64,000 nt of DNA from Candidatus Woesearchaeota archaeon B3_Woes (GCA_005222965.1 NJBG01000001.1:675533-739532), one strand, 5' to 3'. Positions 50,890 to 60,866 are shown, counted from the stretch's first letter. Numbers and translations: made by a program. Notes: generated by a model not told the origin, from the sequence alone.

Positions 50890-51285
50890 TTATTTTTTCT
50901 CCTCTTCTTTAGGTTCTTCTTTCTTTTCTTCAGCAGGTTTAGGCTTAACAGCTTCTTCTTTAGGTGCTTCAGGTTTTGCTCCTTCTTTTGGAGCACCCTC
51001 CTTTTTACCTTTTGGTTTTTTATTTACTTCTTCAAGTTCTTTTAACTTTTTCTCATCATCATAAGCATAAGCAAGCACATCAGCAGAAGAAGAACCATAC
51101 TTTGTATAAATATTTTTTACAACAACCAATTTAACATCTTTCCCAATGTTTTTAGCTATCGCTTCTTTAACACTATCACCCGAAGGAGTTGCACTACCTT
51201 CAAACTTTAGTTTACCTTCTACTTTTAATCTAGATAACAATTTCTGTTCTTCTTTATTTGTAATATCTAATTTCAAGAATCTCAC
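50890..51285 (-). CDS. rps24e: 30S ribosomal protein S24e
   Basis: LLSR, ATPS, IYTKYG; synteny. Confidence 0.88.
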   Translation of the reverse strand: MRFLKLDITNKEEQKLLSRLKVEGKLKFEGSATPSGDSVKEAIAKNIGKDVKLVVVKNIYTKYGSSSADVLAYAYDDEKKLKELEEVNKKPKGKKEGAPKEGAKPEAPKEEAVKPKPAEEKKEEPKEEEKK

Positions 51286-51467
51286 CTTGCTTTTAGAGCA
51301 TACTCTCCCTTAACTTCAATATCTATTTCTTTAGCTATCTTTGATTTATTAGCATCCATTACAGCTATTCTTCCTTGCCAGTTTGTTGAAAACTTATTAC
51401 CTTTACATAAAGGACACTCTGATCCTTGTACAAATACTAAACATTTTTTACAAACTTTTCTTACCAT
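51282..51467 (-). CDS. spt4: transcription elongation factor Spt4 (RpoE'')
   Basis: CKKC..CPLC, WQG, GEYALK. Confidence 0.93.
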   Translation of the reverse strand: MVRKVCKKCLVFVQGSECPLCKGNKFSTNWQGRIAVMDANKSKIAKEIDIEVKGEYALKAR

Positions 51468-52052
51468 TTACTTTTTCTCCTTTTTAACAGCCTTTTTCTT
51501 CTCTTCTTTAGGTTTAAGATCCTCTTCAATCCACTCTAGTTTCCCTAAAGCAGGCTGTCTCATTGTTAAACCCAGTTTTGGGTTTGATATATCTTTAAAA
51601 CTAACTGCAATTAATCTTGCTTTGCATTTATCACCAACTTTTAATGTTCTTTTGTTCTCTTTACCAACCAAAACTTTATCTTTTGAAAAACTAACAAAAT
51701 CATCCATTGTTTGTGATATATGAATCATACCTTCTATAGGACCTATTGTCATAAATGCACCAAAATCAGCAATATCTTTTATTTTACCCAATACAACTTC
51801 CTGCATTTCAGGCTTAAAAGTAAATAACTCAAACTTTGTTTCATAATAAGATGCACCATCTCCTGGAATTATGATTCCTTCACCAATCTCATTAATCTTA
51901 TAGAGATGTATAACAACACCCAATTCAGGAGTTATATACCCTTCGTACTTATTTTTAATGCACGTTTCAATGGCTTCCTCCCTTGATAAATGAAACAAGG
52001 TTGGAGGAACTCCAATATGATCCTTTACTTCTGTTTTATAGAACATGTCCAT
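51468..52052 (-). CDS. rpoE1: RNA polymerase subunit Rpo7 (E')
   Basis: IIPGDGA, FGAF..GPIEGMIHISQ, GLTMRQPALGK. Confidence 0.96.
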   Translation of the reverse strand: MDMFYKTEVKDHIGVPPTLFHLSREEAIETCIKNKYEGYITPELGVVIHLYKINEIGEGIIIPGDGASYYETKFELFTFKPEMQEVVLGKIKDIADFGAFMTIGPIEGMIHISQTMDDFVSFSKDKVLVGKENKRTLKVGDKCKARLIAVSFKDISNPKLGLTMRQPALGKLEWIEEDLKPKEEKKKAVKKEKK

Positions 52053-52071
52053 TAGAGATTTTAATTGCTTT

Positions 52072-52686
52072 TTAAAGGTTTCGGAAAATATCCACTATAA
52101 CATCCTTCTCTTTAGAAACACTGCTTTCAGGATATTTTTTAGATTTTTTTTCTATTAATTTAAGATAATATTGGGCTTTTTCTAAATTATAAACTGATTT
52201 ATGTCTAATAACAATACCGCTTTTACCTATTTTTCCATTAAAAGACTTAATACAAGGCATTACAGACTCATGAATAGGATAAACAAACTTCACATTTTTA
52301 TTTTGAAATAACTTACATATACCCTGAACATATTTTTTATTATTAACAACAGTTTCCTGTACAAACCTATATCCTAAATAATCTCTATTTTTAACCAACT
52401 CTCTGATTTTCTCTAAATCCTTTTTACTAATAATCTCATCAGGATCTAACCACAATATCCACTCTTTTGTTGCCTTTGAAACAGAAAAATTACGAGCCTT
52501 GCTAAAATCATCACACCATTTAAAATCATAAACTTTTGAAGTATATTTCCTAGCTATTTCTTTAGAATTATCACTAGAACCAGTATCAACAACAACAATC
52601 TCATCAACATAATGGTTTAAATCTCTAAGAAATTCATCTAAAACCAATCCTTCATCCTTTACAATCATGCACAAGCTTATAGACAT
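52072..52686 (-). CDS. glycosyltransferase family 2
   Basis: ISLCMIVKDE, VDTGSSD, DFSKARN, LDPDE, IHE. Confidence 0.9.
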   Translation of the reverse strand: MSISLCMIVKDEGLVLDEFLRDLNHYVDEIVVVDTGSSDNSKEIARKYTSKVYDFKWCDDFSKARNFSVSKATKEWILWLDPDEIISKKDLEKIRELVKNRDYLGYRFVQETVVNNKKYVQGICKLFQNKNVKFVYPIHESVMPCIKSFNGKIGKSGIVIRHKSVYNLEKAQYYLKLIEKKSKKYPESSVSKEKDVIVDIFRNL

Positions 52687-52687
52687 T

Positions 52688-53074
52688 TTATTCCAAAGCC
52701 AAAAACTGCTTTTTCTTTAAAAAAATTATTTTAACACCTTTTTTCTTTAACCTTCTCTTAAGCTCTCTATCAGAAGTAGCTACAACAGTGTCTTTGTCAG
52801 ATTTTTTAACAATTGCATCATCAACATATCTTTTATCACTTTTTATCTTGCCAATTTCCTTTAATTTAATCAACTCTAAACCAATCTTAGCATTCTCTCT
52901 GTCCTTTACTTTACTTTTTTTATCTTCAATTATTTTATTTAACTCATCAATTGTTTTATCAATAATAAAAAATTTATATTGAAAATCAACCAAACATCTG
53001 ATTTCAGTGAATATATCTATCTTAAACTCCCCAGGAATCAACAAAAAGTTAGTATCCAGTATTACTTTTTTCAT
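52688..53074 (-). CDS. PIN-domain protein (Fcf1/Utp24-like)
   Basis: VILDTNFL, VDD, VATSD; start MKKVILD. Confidence 0.9.
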   Translation of the reverse strand: MKKVILDTNFLLIPGEFKIDIFTEIRCLVDFQYKFFIIDKTIDELNKIIEDKKSKVKDRENAKIGLELIKLKEIGKIKSDKRYVDDAIVKKSDKDTVVATSDRELKRRLKKKGVKIIFLKKKQFLALE

Positions 53075-53112
53075 ATTAACATCAAACAAATAAGACTTTT
53101 TAAATCTATTGA

Positions 53113-53195
53113 CGCCAGGAGCAGGATTTGAACCTGCATATCCAAAGGAAAGGAGGGTTCGAGCCTCCCGCAATACCAAGTTATGCGATCCTGGC
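53113..53195 (-). tRNA. tRNA-Ser(CGA)
   Basis: GCCAGGA/TCCTGGC, GGAGG-CTCGAAC-CCTCC, long variable arm, G discriminator. Confidence 0.93.
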
Positions 53196-53317
53196 ACATA
53201 ATCAATAAATATGTTTTTATTTATATACTTAACCAAACAACATAAAAAATAAAGCAAAACTATAAAAACTACTTTATTTTTTACTATTCTGGAATTGTAA
53301 ATTGCATGGGGAATCTA

Positions 53318-54376
53318 ATGAAAAAAGAAAATAAACTCGTAGCTATTGTCGGCCTAACAGGATCAGGTAAAACAATTGCTGCAAACTTCTTTGTAGAAAA
53401 AGGTTACAGATATCTAAGATTTGGACAAACAGTATTAGATGAAGTTAAAAAGAAAACAGGTCTTGTATCAAATCCTCAGTTAGAGCAGGAAATAAGAGAA
53501 CAATTAAGAGAAAAGCATGGAATGGATGCTCTAGCAAAACTAAATAAAAAAAAGATAGACAAACTTCTTAGAAAAGGAAACGTTGTTATTGATAATCTTA
53601 CATCTTGGTCTGAATATAAATTTCTTAGAAAAACATACAATAATTTTAAAGTTATATCAATCCAGGCTTCTCCTGAAATAAGGTATAAAAGATTAGAAGA
53701 GAGAAAAGAGATTGATCAAAAAATGATTAACAGACCTTTTTCAAAACAAGAAACTAAACAAAGAGATTACTCAGAGATTGAAAACACAGAAAAAGCAGGA
53801 CCAATAGCAATTGCAGACACAACACTAACAAATGAAACAACCAAACAAGATTTCCTGAATAAATTAGAAGATCTTTTCTCAAAAAAGAAAAAACAAAGAA
53901 TTGGTTGGGATGATTATTTTATGAAAATGGCTTTTTTAGCAGCAGAGAGAAGCACATGCCTAAGACGCCATGTTGGTGCTGTTATTGTGAAAAATAAAAG
54001 AGTTGTTGCAACAGGATACAATAGCGCTGTTAAAGGAGCAAAACACTGTATGGAAATTGGTTGTTTAAGAGATAAACTCAAAATCCCTTCTGGAACAGAC
54101 AAACATATTTGTAGAGCAATACACGCTGAACAAAACGCGATAATACAAGCAGCATTACATGGAACAAACATAGAAGGTTCAACAATCTACATGACTCACG
54201 ACACCTGTCCTGTATGCGCAAAAATGATAATAAATTCAGGAATAAAAGAAGTAATCAGCTGTAGTCAAAGAAAAGAAAGCGAATTTAAACAATTATTCAA
54301 AGAAACAGGCGTTAAATTTATAAAAATAGAAAAACCAAAAGGAATTGAAGATTTTGGTTATAAAGGCTTAAGATAA
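53318..54376 (+). CDS. P-loop nucleotide kinase-like domain fused to dCMP deaminase
   Basis: GLTGSGKT; then WDDYFM, RSTC, TGYN, HAEQNA, CPVC. Confidence 0.9.
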   Translation: MKKENKLVAIVGLTGSGKTIAANFFVEKGYRYLRFGQTVLDEVKKKTGLVSNPQLEQEIREQLREKHGMDALAKLNKKKIDKLLRKGNVVIDNLTSWSEYKFLRKTYNNFKVISIQASPEIRYKRLEERKEIDQKMINRPFSKQETKQRDYSEIENTEKAGPIAIADTTLTNETTKQDFLNKLEDLFSKKKKQRIGWDDYFMKMAFLAAERSTCLRRHVGAVIVKNKRVVATGYNSAVKGAKHCMEIGCLRDKLKIPSGTDKHICRAIHAEQNAIIQAALHGTNIEGSTIYMTHDTCPVCAKMIINSGIKEVISCSQRKESEFKQLFKETGVKFIKIEKPKGIEDFGYKGLR

Positions 54377-54397
54377 AATAAAAATATTCAGATTAAT

Positions 54398-55111
54398 ATG
54401 GATGTCCAAGAATTAGGAAAATATCAAGAAGTTCAAGGGATAGCAAAAAGTACAATAGATTATTTAAGTGGCTTTATCCAAAAAGAAGTAAGTGAATCAG
54501 ATATTTCTCATGCTGCGAACGAACACATGAAAAGAAAAGGAGCATCTTCCTTTTGGTATCATGGGGTAGGATCCATTATTTTAGTCGGAAAAAGAACAAT
54601 ATTATCTATATCTGGTAGAGAATATGAACCGTCTGATAAAAAAGTTAGTATGGACGACTTAGTTACTGTGGATCTTGGCCCCGAGATAAATTCCTATTGG
54701 GGTGATTTCGCAAGATCATTTGTAATTGCAAATGGAGCAGTTGTTAATACAACAGGACCAGATTATTCAGATAAAGTAAAAGAATTATTTGATGGAATAA
54801 GTATTGAACAAAAATTACATAAAAGATTACAAGAGGTAGCAATCCCTGAAATGACATTTGAAGAATTATACCACATCATGAATGAAGCAATAACACATTT
54901 AGGATTTGTTAATTTAGATTTTAATGGAAATTTAGGACACAGTATTGAAAAAGATAAAGATGAGAGAGAATATCTTGAAAGTGGTTGTAGAACAAGATTA
55001 AGAGACAAATTTTTTACATTCGAACCCCACATCAAAAAAGCAAATGGATTATTTGGATATAAGATGGAAGATATATATTACTTCTTAGATGGAAATTTAC
55101 AAAGAATATAA
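54398..55111 (+). CDS. M24-family metallopeptidase
   Basis: VDLGP..GDFARS, GHSI, FEPH, KMED. Confidence 0.85.
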   Translation: MDVQELGKYQEVQGIAKSTIDYLSGFIQKEVSESDISHAANEHMKRKGASSFWYHGVGSIILVGKRTILSISGREYEPSDKKVSMDDLVTVDLGPEINSYWGDFARSFVIANGAVVNTTGPDYSDKVKELFDGISIEQKLHKRLQEVAIPEMTFEELYHIMNEAITHLGFVNLDFNGNLGHSIEKDKDEREYLESGCRTRLRDKFFTFEPHIKKANGLFGYKMEDIYYFLDGNLQRI

Positions 55112-55136
55112 AGCAATCATAAAAATAAAGAATTAA

Positions 55137-55297
55137 TGCTCCTAAGGGGATTTGAACCCCTGTCTCAGGCTTTTTCTAACAGATTATGCGAGCGTTTAGC
55201 GAGCAAGTGTGGCTTTATGCCGCACCTTGCGTGTCAACCGCGCGTAACCAGTTGTTGCGAGAAGCCTACATGCTTGACCGGACTACACTATAGGAGC
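55137..55297 (-). tRNA. tRNA-Glu(CTC) with 86-nt intron at 37/38 (55172-55257)
   Basis: GCTCCTA/TAGGAGC acceptor; canonical BHB with TTCT/AGAA helix and CGC, AAA bulges. Confidence 0.93.
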
Positions 55298-55346
55298 GCG
55301 TAAATCTTTTGTGCAATGCCAAACCCCATAGAATAATTTATTAAAA

Positions 55347-55460
55347 TCAACAATTGTATTTTGTGTCATCATTGCCATCATGTTTATGCCCACACTTTAA
55401 ACATATATGTATTGTTAAAAAATGTGGATGCATGTGGCTCTCACATTTTGGACATCGCAT
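55347..55460 (-). CDS. 37-aa zinc-ribbon microprotein (not in ORF track)
   Basis: MRCPKCESHMHPHFLTIHICLKCGHKHDGNDDTKYNC; two CxxC; upstream AAGGT and TATA-like element. Confidence 0.55.
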   Translation of the reverse strand: MRCPKCESHMHPHFLTIHICLKCGHKHDGNDDTKYNC

Positions 55461-55517
55461 AGTAATACCTTTTAATTGTTATCATAATAATCATTTATAT
55501 ACTTTTTGCTTTAGAAA

Positions 55518-56072
55518 TCAGTTTTTAATAAACTCACCAAACTTCCTAAATACCTGTGCTCTTTGGGAAAACTGGTTCTTTTCTTCCAAACTCATGTCTG
55601 ATATTGTTTTGTCCCTTCCTTCTGGAATAAATATTTTATCATAAGGCATAGTTTCTTTATCTTCATTATAAATTTTTGTTGCTATCTTCCCTTTCATAAC
55701 ACCTTCAAATAAATTAGGTTCTTTTCCAGGTTCACAAAAAGCCGCTATTGTTTTAAAATAAGCTTTCCTTGATTCATTTTCTAATAATTTAAAGATTCCT
55801 TTGAAACCTATTGTATTAATAACAAATTTAGGCAAGGCCCCTGGAAAATTATTGTAAGCATCAAAAAATAAACCAGTGTCCTCCAAAATGATTGGTTTAT
55901 TTAATCTATCTGCTAATTTTTTAGCAGCATTTCTTGCTATAATATCAATACTTTCATCATGGTTCTCTTCATATTCTATTTCCAAATGTTCCAATTCAAT
56001 AGGGTAATCTTTTAGAATATCCTTAACCTCTTCAAATTTATGTTTGTTTGTTGTTACAAAATAAACTTTCAT
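55518..56072 (-). CDS. rdgB: non-canonical purine NTP pyrophosphatase (HAM1/RdgB)
   Basis: FVTTNKHK, EDTGL, FPG, YDKIF, EKNQFSQR. Confidence 0.9.
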   Translation of the reverse strand: MKVYFVTTNKHKFEEVKDILKDYPIELEHLEIEYEENHDESIDIIARNAAKKLADRLNKPIILEDTGLFFDAYNNFPGALPKFVINTIGFKGIFKLLENESRKAYFKTIAAFCEPGKEPNLFEGVMKGKIATKIYNEDKETMPYDKIFIPEGRDKTISDMSLEEKNQFSQRAQVFRKFGEFIKN

Positions 56073-56971
56073 TCTATCAAACCATGAACATATTGTATCT
56101 CATCTGGATAAATTATCTTAGAATCTAATCTATCTACAATAGAAGAATAAACCTCTAACCCGATTACAAAATTATTAGCATAACCAGGATCTACTGGATA
56201 ATTAGCAGCTAAATTTTTAACTCCAATATCTTTCAATCCTTCTTTATACTCCTTATACTTTTGAACAGAAAACTTAATTGGATGTTCTTTTACATCACTC
56301 TCTTCAAAATCAGCTCTAGTTAATTCTTTTTGTTTAAGAGTAAATGCCAAAACACCTGTTAAGAATATTGAATCTACTTTTAAATCAGGATGAGAATTAA
56401 AAACAGCATCAACTTGTTTTCTAAGAAATTCTTGAGCATTTCCCCACGCTTCTTTATTATTAAAATCATCTTGTTCATAAGATTCTTTTAAGAATTCTTG
56501 ATTAATTTTATTAACACCTAAAGGCAAAAGAAAATGTTTCATCTCATTATTTTTAAAAACAATTACTTCTGTACTTCCACCTCCAACATTAGCAGCTGCA
56601 AAATCTCCATCAACTAACCCAGCATACGCTTTTCCAAGTAATTTACCTTCTTCTTCATGGGTTATAATTCTAATATCAATATCTGTTTCCTCTTTTAATT
56701 TATCAATAAAATGACTTGAATTTTCTGCTTTTCTTAATGCATCAGTCCCTATAATCTTTGTTGTTGAAACACCCTCTTTATTATTTATATCCAAACAACC
56801 TTTTATATAATCTAAAGCTCTTGTTATCCCTTTTTCATCCAAAAGATTAGTCTTTAATACATCCTCTCCTATCTTAATTGAACTCTCTCTTCTAAAAAAT
56901 ACCTCTTTTTTACCCTCAAAAATATAGTGCTTAATACTTTTTGTACCTATATCTATTATTGATGTCCTCAT
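56069..56971 (-). CDS. Ppx/GppA-family phosphatase (divergent)
   Basis: IIDIGTKS, GTDALRKAEN, EEEG, NVGGGSTE. Confidence 0.82.
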   Translation of the reverse strand: MRTSIIDIGTKSIKHYIFEGKKEVFFRRESSIKIGEDVLKTNLLDEKGITRALDYIKGCLDINNKEGVSTTKIIGTDALRKAENSSHFIDKLKEETDIDIRIITHEEEGKLLGKAYAGLVDGDFAAANVGGGSTEVIVFKNNEMKHFLLPLGVNKINQEFLKESYEQDDFNNKEAWGNAQEFLRKQVDAVFNSHPDLKVDSIFLTGVLAFTLKQKELTRADFEESDVKEHPIKFSVQKYKEYKEGLKDIGVKNLAANYPVDPGYANNFVIGLEVYSSIVDRLDSKIIYPDEIQYVHGLIE

Positions 56972-57471
56972 TTCCCAAACTCTTCTAATCTGTATTCTCC
57001 TTCCTCTTCAGTCATCTTTATTTTATGTAAATCCACTTTACTATCTTTTAACAAGAATTCTTTTATCATTGATAAATCACTCGGAATTATTTTTGTATTT
57101 TTTAATTCATTAATATCAAACCATTGCAACTCTCCTTCTTTTGTAGCCTGTATATTTGTATGTAATGGCTTTAATTTACAAACATATATCATAAGATGAG
57201 CGACCTTATCATCTTTATTATGGATAATTTCAGAAGCAATACCCCTAAACCCTTCAAATTCACAATCTAAATCTGTTTCTTCTTTTATTTCTCTTAAAGC
57301 AGTCTGTTCAGGGTGCTCTCCAAACTCTATTTTACCACCAGGCATACTCCAAAATCCAACATAAGGAGGCGTAACCCTTTTTATCAAAAGAATTTTATTA
57401 TCATTAGTAATCCCACTAATAACTATACTAATAAGCTTATTATAATTTTTTCTTGAAGTTTCTTCCCCCAT
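56968..57471 (-). CDS. Nudix hydrolase
   Basis: PGGKIEFGEHPEQTALREIKEETDL; start MGEETS downstream of tRNA. Confidence 0.92.
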   Translation of the reverse strand: MGEETSRKNYNKLISIVISGITNDNKILLIKRVTPPYVGFWSMPGGKIEFGEHPEQTALREIKEETDLDCEFEGFRGIASEIIHNKDDKVAHLMIYVCKLKPLHTNIQATKEGELQWFDINELKNTKIIPSDLSMIKEFLLKDSKVDLHKIKMTEEEGEYRLEEFGK

Positions 57472-57478
57472 TTTAAAA

Positions 57479-57564
57479 TGGACCCACCGGGAATTTCGTA
57501 ATATATATCGAACCCGGAATCTCACCCAAGCCAAGGGCGTATTTTACCATTAAACTATGGGCCC
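57479..57564 (-). tRNA. tRNA-Ala(GGC) with 14-nt intron at 59/60 (57493-57506)
   Basis: G3:U70 pair; BHB with TTCG/CGAA helix and ATA, ATT bulges; splicing restores TTCGATT loop. Confidence 0.92.
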
Positions 57565-57653
57565 TGTAATTAAATCAATTACACTATCTTTAAAAACATT
57601 TCTACTTTATCATAAATTATATAAACCTACAATCTTTACTTTTAATTAGAAAA

Positions 57654-58904
57654 ATGGAAAAAATAAACCCGCACGAAAATGCGAAGAACATTATAAAGAA
57701 AGCATCAGAAATAATAAATTTAGAAGAATGGAAAACTAATATTCTATTAAATCCTCAAAGAGAAATAAGTGTTTCATTTCCAGTTAAAATGGATGATGAT
57801 ACAATAAAATTATTTAAAGGTTATAGAGTCCAACACAACAACTCAAGAGGACCATACAAAGGAGGGATAAGATACCATTGGGACGTTGATTTAGATGAAG
57901 TTAGGGCTCTTGCAACATGGATGAGCATCAAATGCGCAGTAGTAGACATTCCTTTAGGCGGCGGAAAAGGGGGTGTTGTTTGTAATCCAAAAGAAATGTC
58001 AGAAAAAGAATTAGAAAGAATGACAAGGGCATTTACAAGAGCAATTGCATATAATATTGGTCCCGATAAAGATATTCCAGCACCAGATGTTTATACAAAT
58101 TCTCAAATTATGGATTGGATGGTAGATGAATATGCTAAAACAACAAAAAAACAACCAAAAGATGTTTTAGGAGTTGTTACAGGTAAATCCTTAGAAAATG
58201 GAGGATCAATCGGAAGAGACACAGCAACAGCAAGAGGTGCTCAATTTGTATTAAGGGAATCTATTGAAAAAGGTTATACATCATTAAAAGAATTAAAAAA
58301 TGCAAGTGTTGTTGTCCAAGGATTCGGAAATGCAGGATTTAACTTTGCAAAACTATTACACGAAGATAAATGTAAAATAATTGCTGTTTCTGATTCAAAA
58401 GGAGGGATCTTTAACAAAGAAGGATTAAACCCAGAAGAAGTTTTAGAATATAAAAAAAGGAATAAAACAGTTATAGGCTTTCCAAACTCAACTGAATTAT
58501 CAAATGAAGAAGTCCTAGAACTAGAATGTGATATTCTAGCACCAAGCGCCTTAGGAAATGTTATAACAAAAGAAAACGCAGACAAACTAAACACAAAAAT
58601 TATAGTTGAATTGGCAAATGGCCCAATTACACAAGAAGCAGATAATACCATCTATAAAAAAAGCATAGTTGTTCTACCAGATATTCTAGCCAATGCAGGA
58701 GGTGTAACTGTTTCATCATATGAATGGCAGCAGAATCTAGTAAATGAAAAATGGGATGCTGAAAAAGTTGATACAATGTTAGAAAAAACAATGAGAACAA
58801 ACGCTTTAACTGTTTTAGAAACAGCAAAAAAACATAATACAAATAACAGAGTTGGAGCCTATATTTTAGCAATAAATAGAATCTCAGAAAAACTTACTTC
58901 TTAG
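57654..58904 (+). CDS. gdhA: glutamate dehydrogenase
   Basis: GPYKGGIRY, GGGKGG, IPAPDV, QGFGNAG, ANAGGV. Confidence 0.97.
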   Translation: MEKINPHENAKNIIKKASEIINLEEWKTNILLNPQREISVSFPVKMDDDTIKLFKGYRVQHNNSRGPYKGGIRYHWDVDLDEVRALATWMSIKCAVVDIPLGGGKGGVVCNPKEMSEKELERMTRAFTRAIAYNIGPDKDIPAPDVYTNSQIMDWMVDEYAKTTKKQPKDVLGVVTGKSLENGGSIGRDTATARGAQFVLRESIEKGYTSLKELKNASVVVQGFGNAGFNFAKLLHEDKCKIIAVSDSKGGIFNKEGLNPEEVLEYKKRNKTVIGFPNSTELSNEEVLELECDILAPSALGNVITKENADKLNTKIIVELANGPITQEADNTIYKKSIVVLPDILANAGGVTVSSYEWQQNLVNEKWDAEKVDTMLEKTMRTNALTVLETAKKHNTNNRVGAYILAINRISEKLTS

Positions 58905-59109
58905 CAGCTAGCTTAATATCCCCTTCATGAACAGTTTTTCTTCCAGAATGCTTTGCTATTTCAACAGCTCTTGAAGCTATCTCCAAACTTATATCTTTTA
59001 CAATATCAGACAGAGCATTAACAGCAGATGCAGATACTCTTCTAGCACCAGAATTCATCATAATTCTTGCAACTGTCGCTTTAGGAATTGTACTTGTTTT
59101 TCTTTGCAT
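58894..59109 (-). CDS. archaeal histone (HMf-like)
   Basis: IPKATVARI, RVS, HSGRKTV..DI. Confidence 0.95.
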   Translation of the reverse strand: MQRKTSTIPKATVARIMMNSGARRVSASAVNALSDIVKDISLEIASRAVEIAKHSGRKTVHEGDIKLAAKK

Positions 59110-59144
59110 TTTTCCACCTAATCTAATTTTTATTAAGTATTTAT

Positions 59145-59885
59145 TTAAAGTTTTTGTTTTTCAAAATCAGAAACAGCCTTTTCAAAATCATCCTTCCCAA
59201 AATCAGGCCAAAGTTTCTTTGTAAAATATAAACTTGAATTTTTAGAATCCCATAACAATAATCCAACTGATTTTTGCTTTAATCCATTTTTTATTATCAA
59301 ATCAGGAGGTAAAAAATCCGATGCATAAATATTAGATTTAATATTATCTCTATTTATTGCATCCAAACCAATTTTTTCAGTCTTTGCCTGCATAGCTAAG
59401 ATCTTACAAGCATCAACAATCTCATCCTGACCATTATAATTAATACAAAAATTTACAAAAAAACCATCATAATCTTTAGTTACATCTAAAAGTTTTTTTA
59501 TTGGCTCTACAACTCTGCCAGGCAAATCATACCACTTACCAAAAGTAGAAATCTTTATATGATTTTGTTGAATAAATTCAGATTCAGCCAATTCATTAAA
59601 TAATTCTATCAAAGAATCCACCTTCATAGAAAAATGCTCAAGATTTTTCATATCAGAAGGCAAAACATAGATTGTTAAGATAGGTATTTTAAGCTTTATC
59701 TGAGATCTTATAGTGTTTCTTATAATAAGATTGCATTTTTTATAAGCATCATCAAGACTTTTCTTATTATTTTCAGCCCAGGGTATAACTCCTTCTGTTG
59801 TTATAGCAACATGATGAGCCCTAACTTTAATACCTTCTTTCTCTTCATTTTTTAATAGTTCTGAAAATTTATCAAGTATAGCCAT
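59145..59885 (-). CDS. cis-prenyltransferase (UppS)-like protein with degenerate active site
   Basis: HVAI, INYNGQDEIVDA, PDLII, LLW, LWPDF; lacks DGNRR. Confidence 0.8.
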   Translation of the reverse strand: MAILDKFSELLKNEEKEGIKVRAHHVAITTEGVIPWAENNKKSLDDAYKKCNLIIRNTIRSQIKLKIPILTIYVLPSDMKNLEHFSMKVDSLIELFNELAESEFIQQNHIKISTFGKWYDLPGRVVEPIKKLLDVTKDYDGFFVNFCINYNGQDEIVDACKILAMQAKTEKIGLDAINRDNIKSNIYASDFLPPDLIIKNGLKQKSVGLLLWDSKNSSLYFTKKLWPDFGKDDFEKAVSDFEKQKL

Positions 59886-59987
59886 TTCATTATAAATAAG
59901 TAGTTAAAACTTATAAATATTATGCATTTTGTTAAATATAAGTAGTAAAAACAAATCTTTATAAATATCATTTATTGTTGTAAAATT

Positions 59988-60866
59988 ATGTTGCCAATAA
60001 TCTTAGCATCCATAGCTGTTATTGTTCTAATAATAGCCTCTCTAACAGATATAAAAACAAGAGAGGTTCCTGATTGGATTAATTTCTCAATAATTCCATT
60101 AGGACTGGGTATAAGATTAATATGGTCCTTATCAACAAACGATTATAGCTATATAATAGAAGGATTAGTTGGTTTTAGTGCTTTTTTTATTCTGGCTTTA
60201 CTAATGTTTTATACAGGACAGTGGGGAGGAGGAGACTCAAAAATGCTCATGGGATTAGGAGCATTAATTGGTTTACCATATCAATTCTTGTCATCAAATA
60301 TTAATTGGTTAATAGAACCTCTACCTTCTTTCTTGATAAACACAATAGTAGTTGGATCTATATATGGTTTTGTGTGGAGCATAATTCTTAGTCTTAAAAA
60401 CAGAAAAAAATTCCTAAAAGAAATAAAAAAAACAACTCAATCAATTGCAAAGCTCAGCAAAATAATGATGGTGTTGTTTGTAATCCTCCTTTTTTCAACA
60501 CTATTAATCCAAGATATTGTTATAAAAATTTTAGTAATTTTATTAATAGTCTTTATACATGGCTCATTCTACTTATTTATTTTTATTAAGGCTGTTGAAA
60601 AATCCTGTATGTTAAAATACGTAAAACCAACAGAAGTTACAGAAGGAGATTGGATTGCAAAAAAAATATTTGTAAATAAAAAATATATAGCAGGCCCAAA
60701 AGATTTAGGCATAGAAAAAAAACAATTAAATCAATTGATTAATTATTATAAAAAAGGAAAGATAAAAAAAGTCTTAATCAAAGTCGGAATACCTTTTGTA
60801 CCTAGCTTCTTAATTGCCTATTTATTTACATTATGGATAGGCAATATCCTTTTATTATTTATCTAA
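59988..60866 (+). CDS. A24 prepilin/preflagellin peptidase
   Basis: TDIKTREVPD, GGGDSK, IPFVP. Confidence 0.9.
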   Translation: MLPIILASIAVIVLIIASLTDIKTREVPDWINFSIIPLGLGIRLIWSLSTNDYSYIIEGLVGFSAFFILALLMFYTGQWGGGDSKMLMGLGALIGLPYQFLSSNINWLIEPLPSFLINTIVVGSIYGFVWSIILSLKNRKKFLKEIKKTTQSIAKLSKIMMVLFVILLFSTLLIQDIVIKILVILLIVFIHGSFYLFIFIKAVEKSCMLKYVKPTEVTEGDWIAKKIFVNKKYIAGPKDLGIEKKQLNQLINYYKKGKIKKVLIKVGIPFVPSFLIAYLFTLWIGNILLLFI

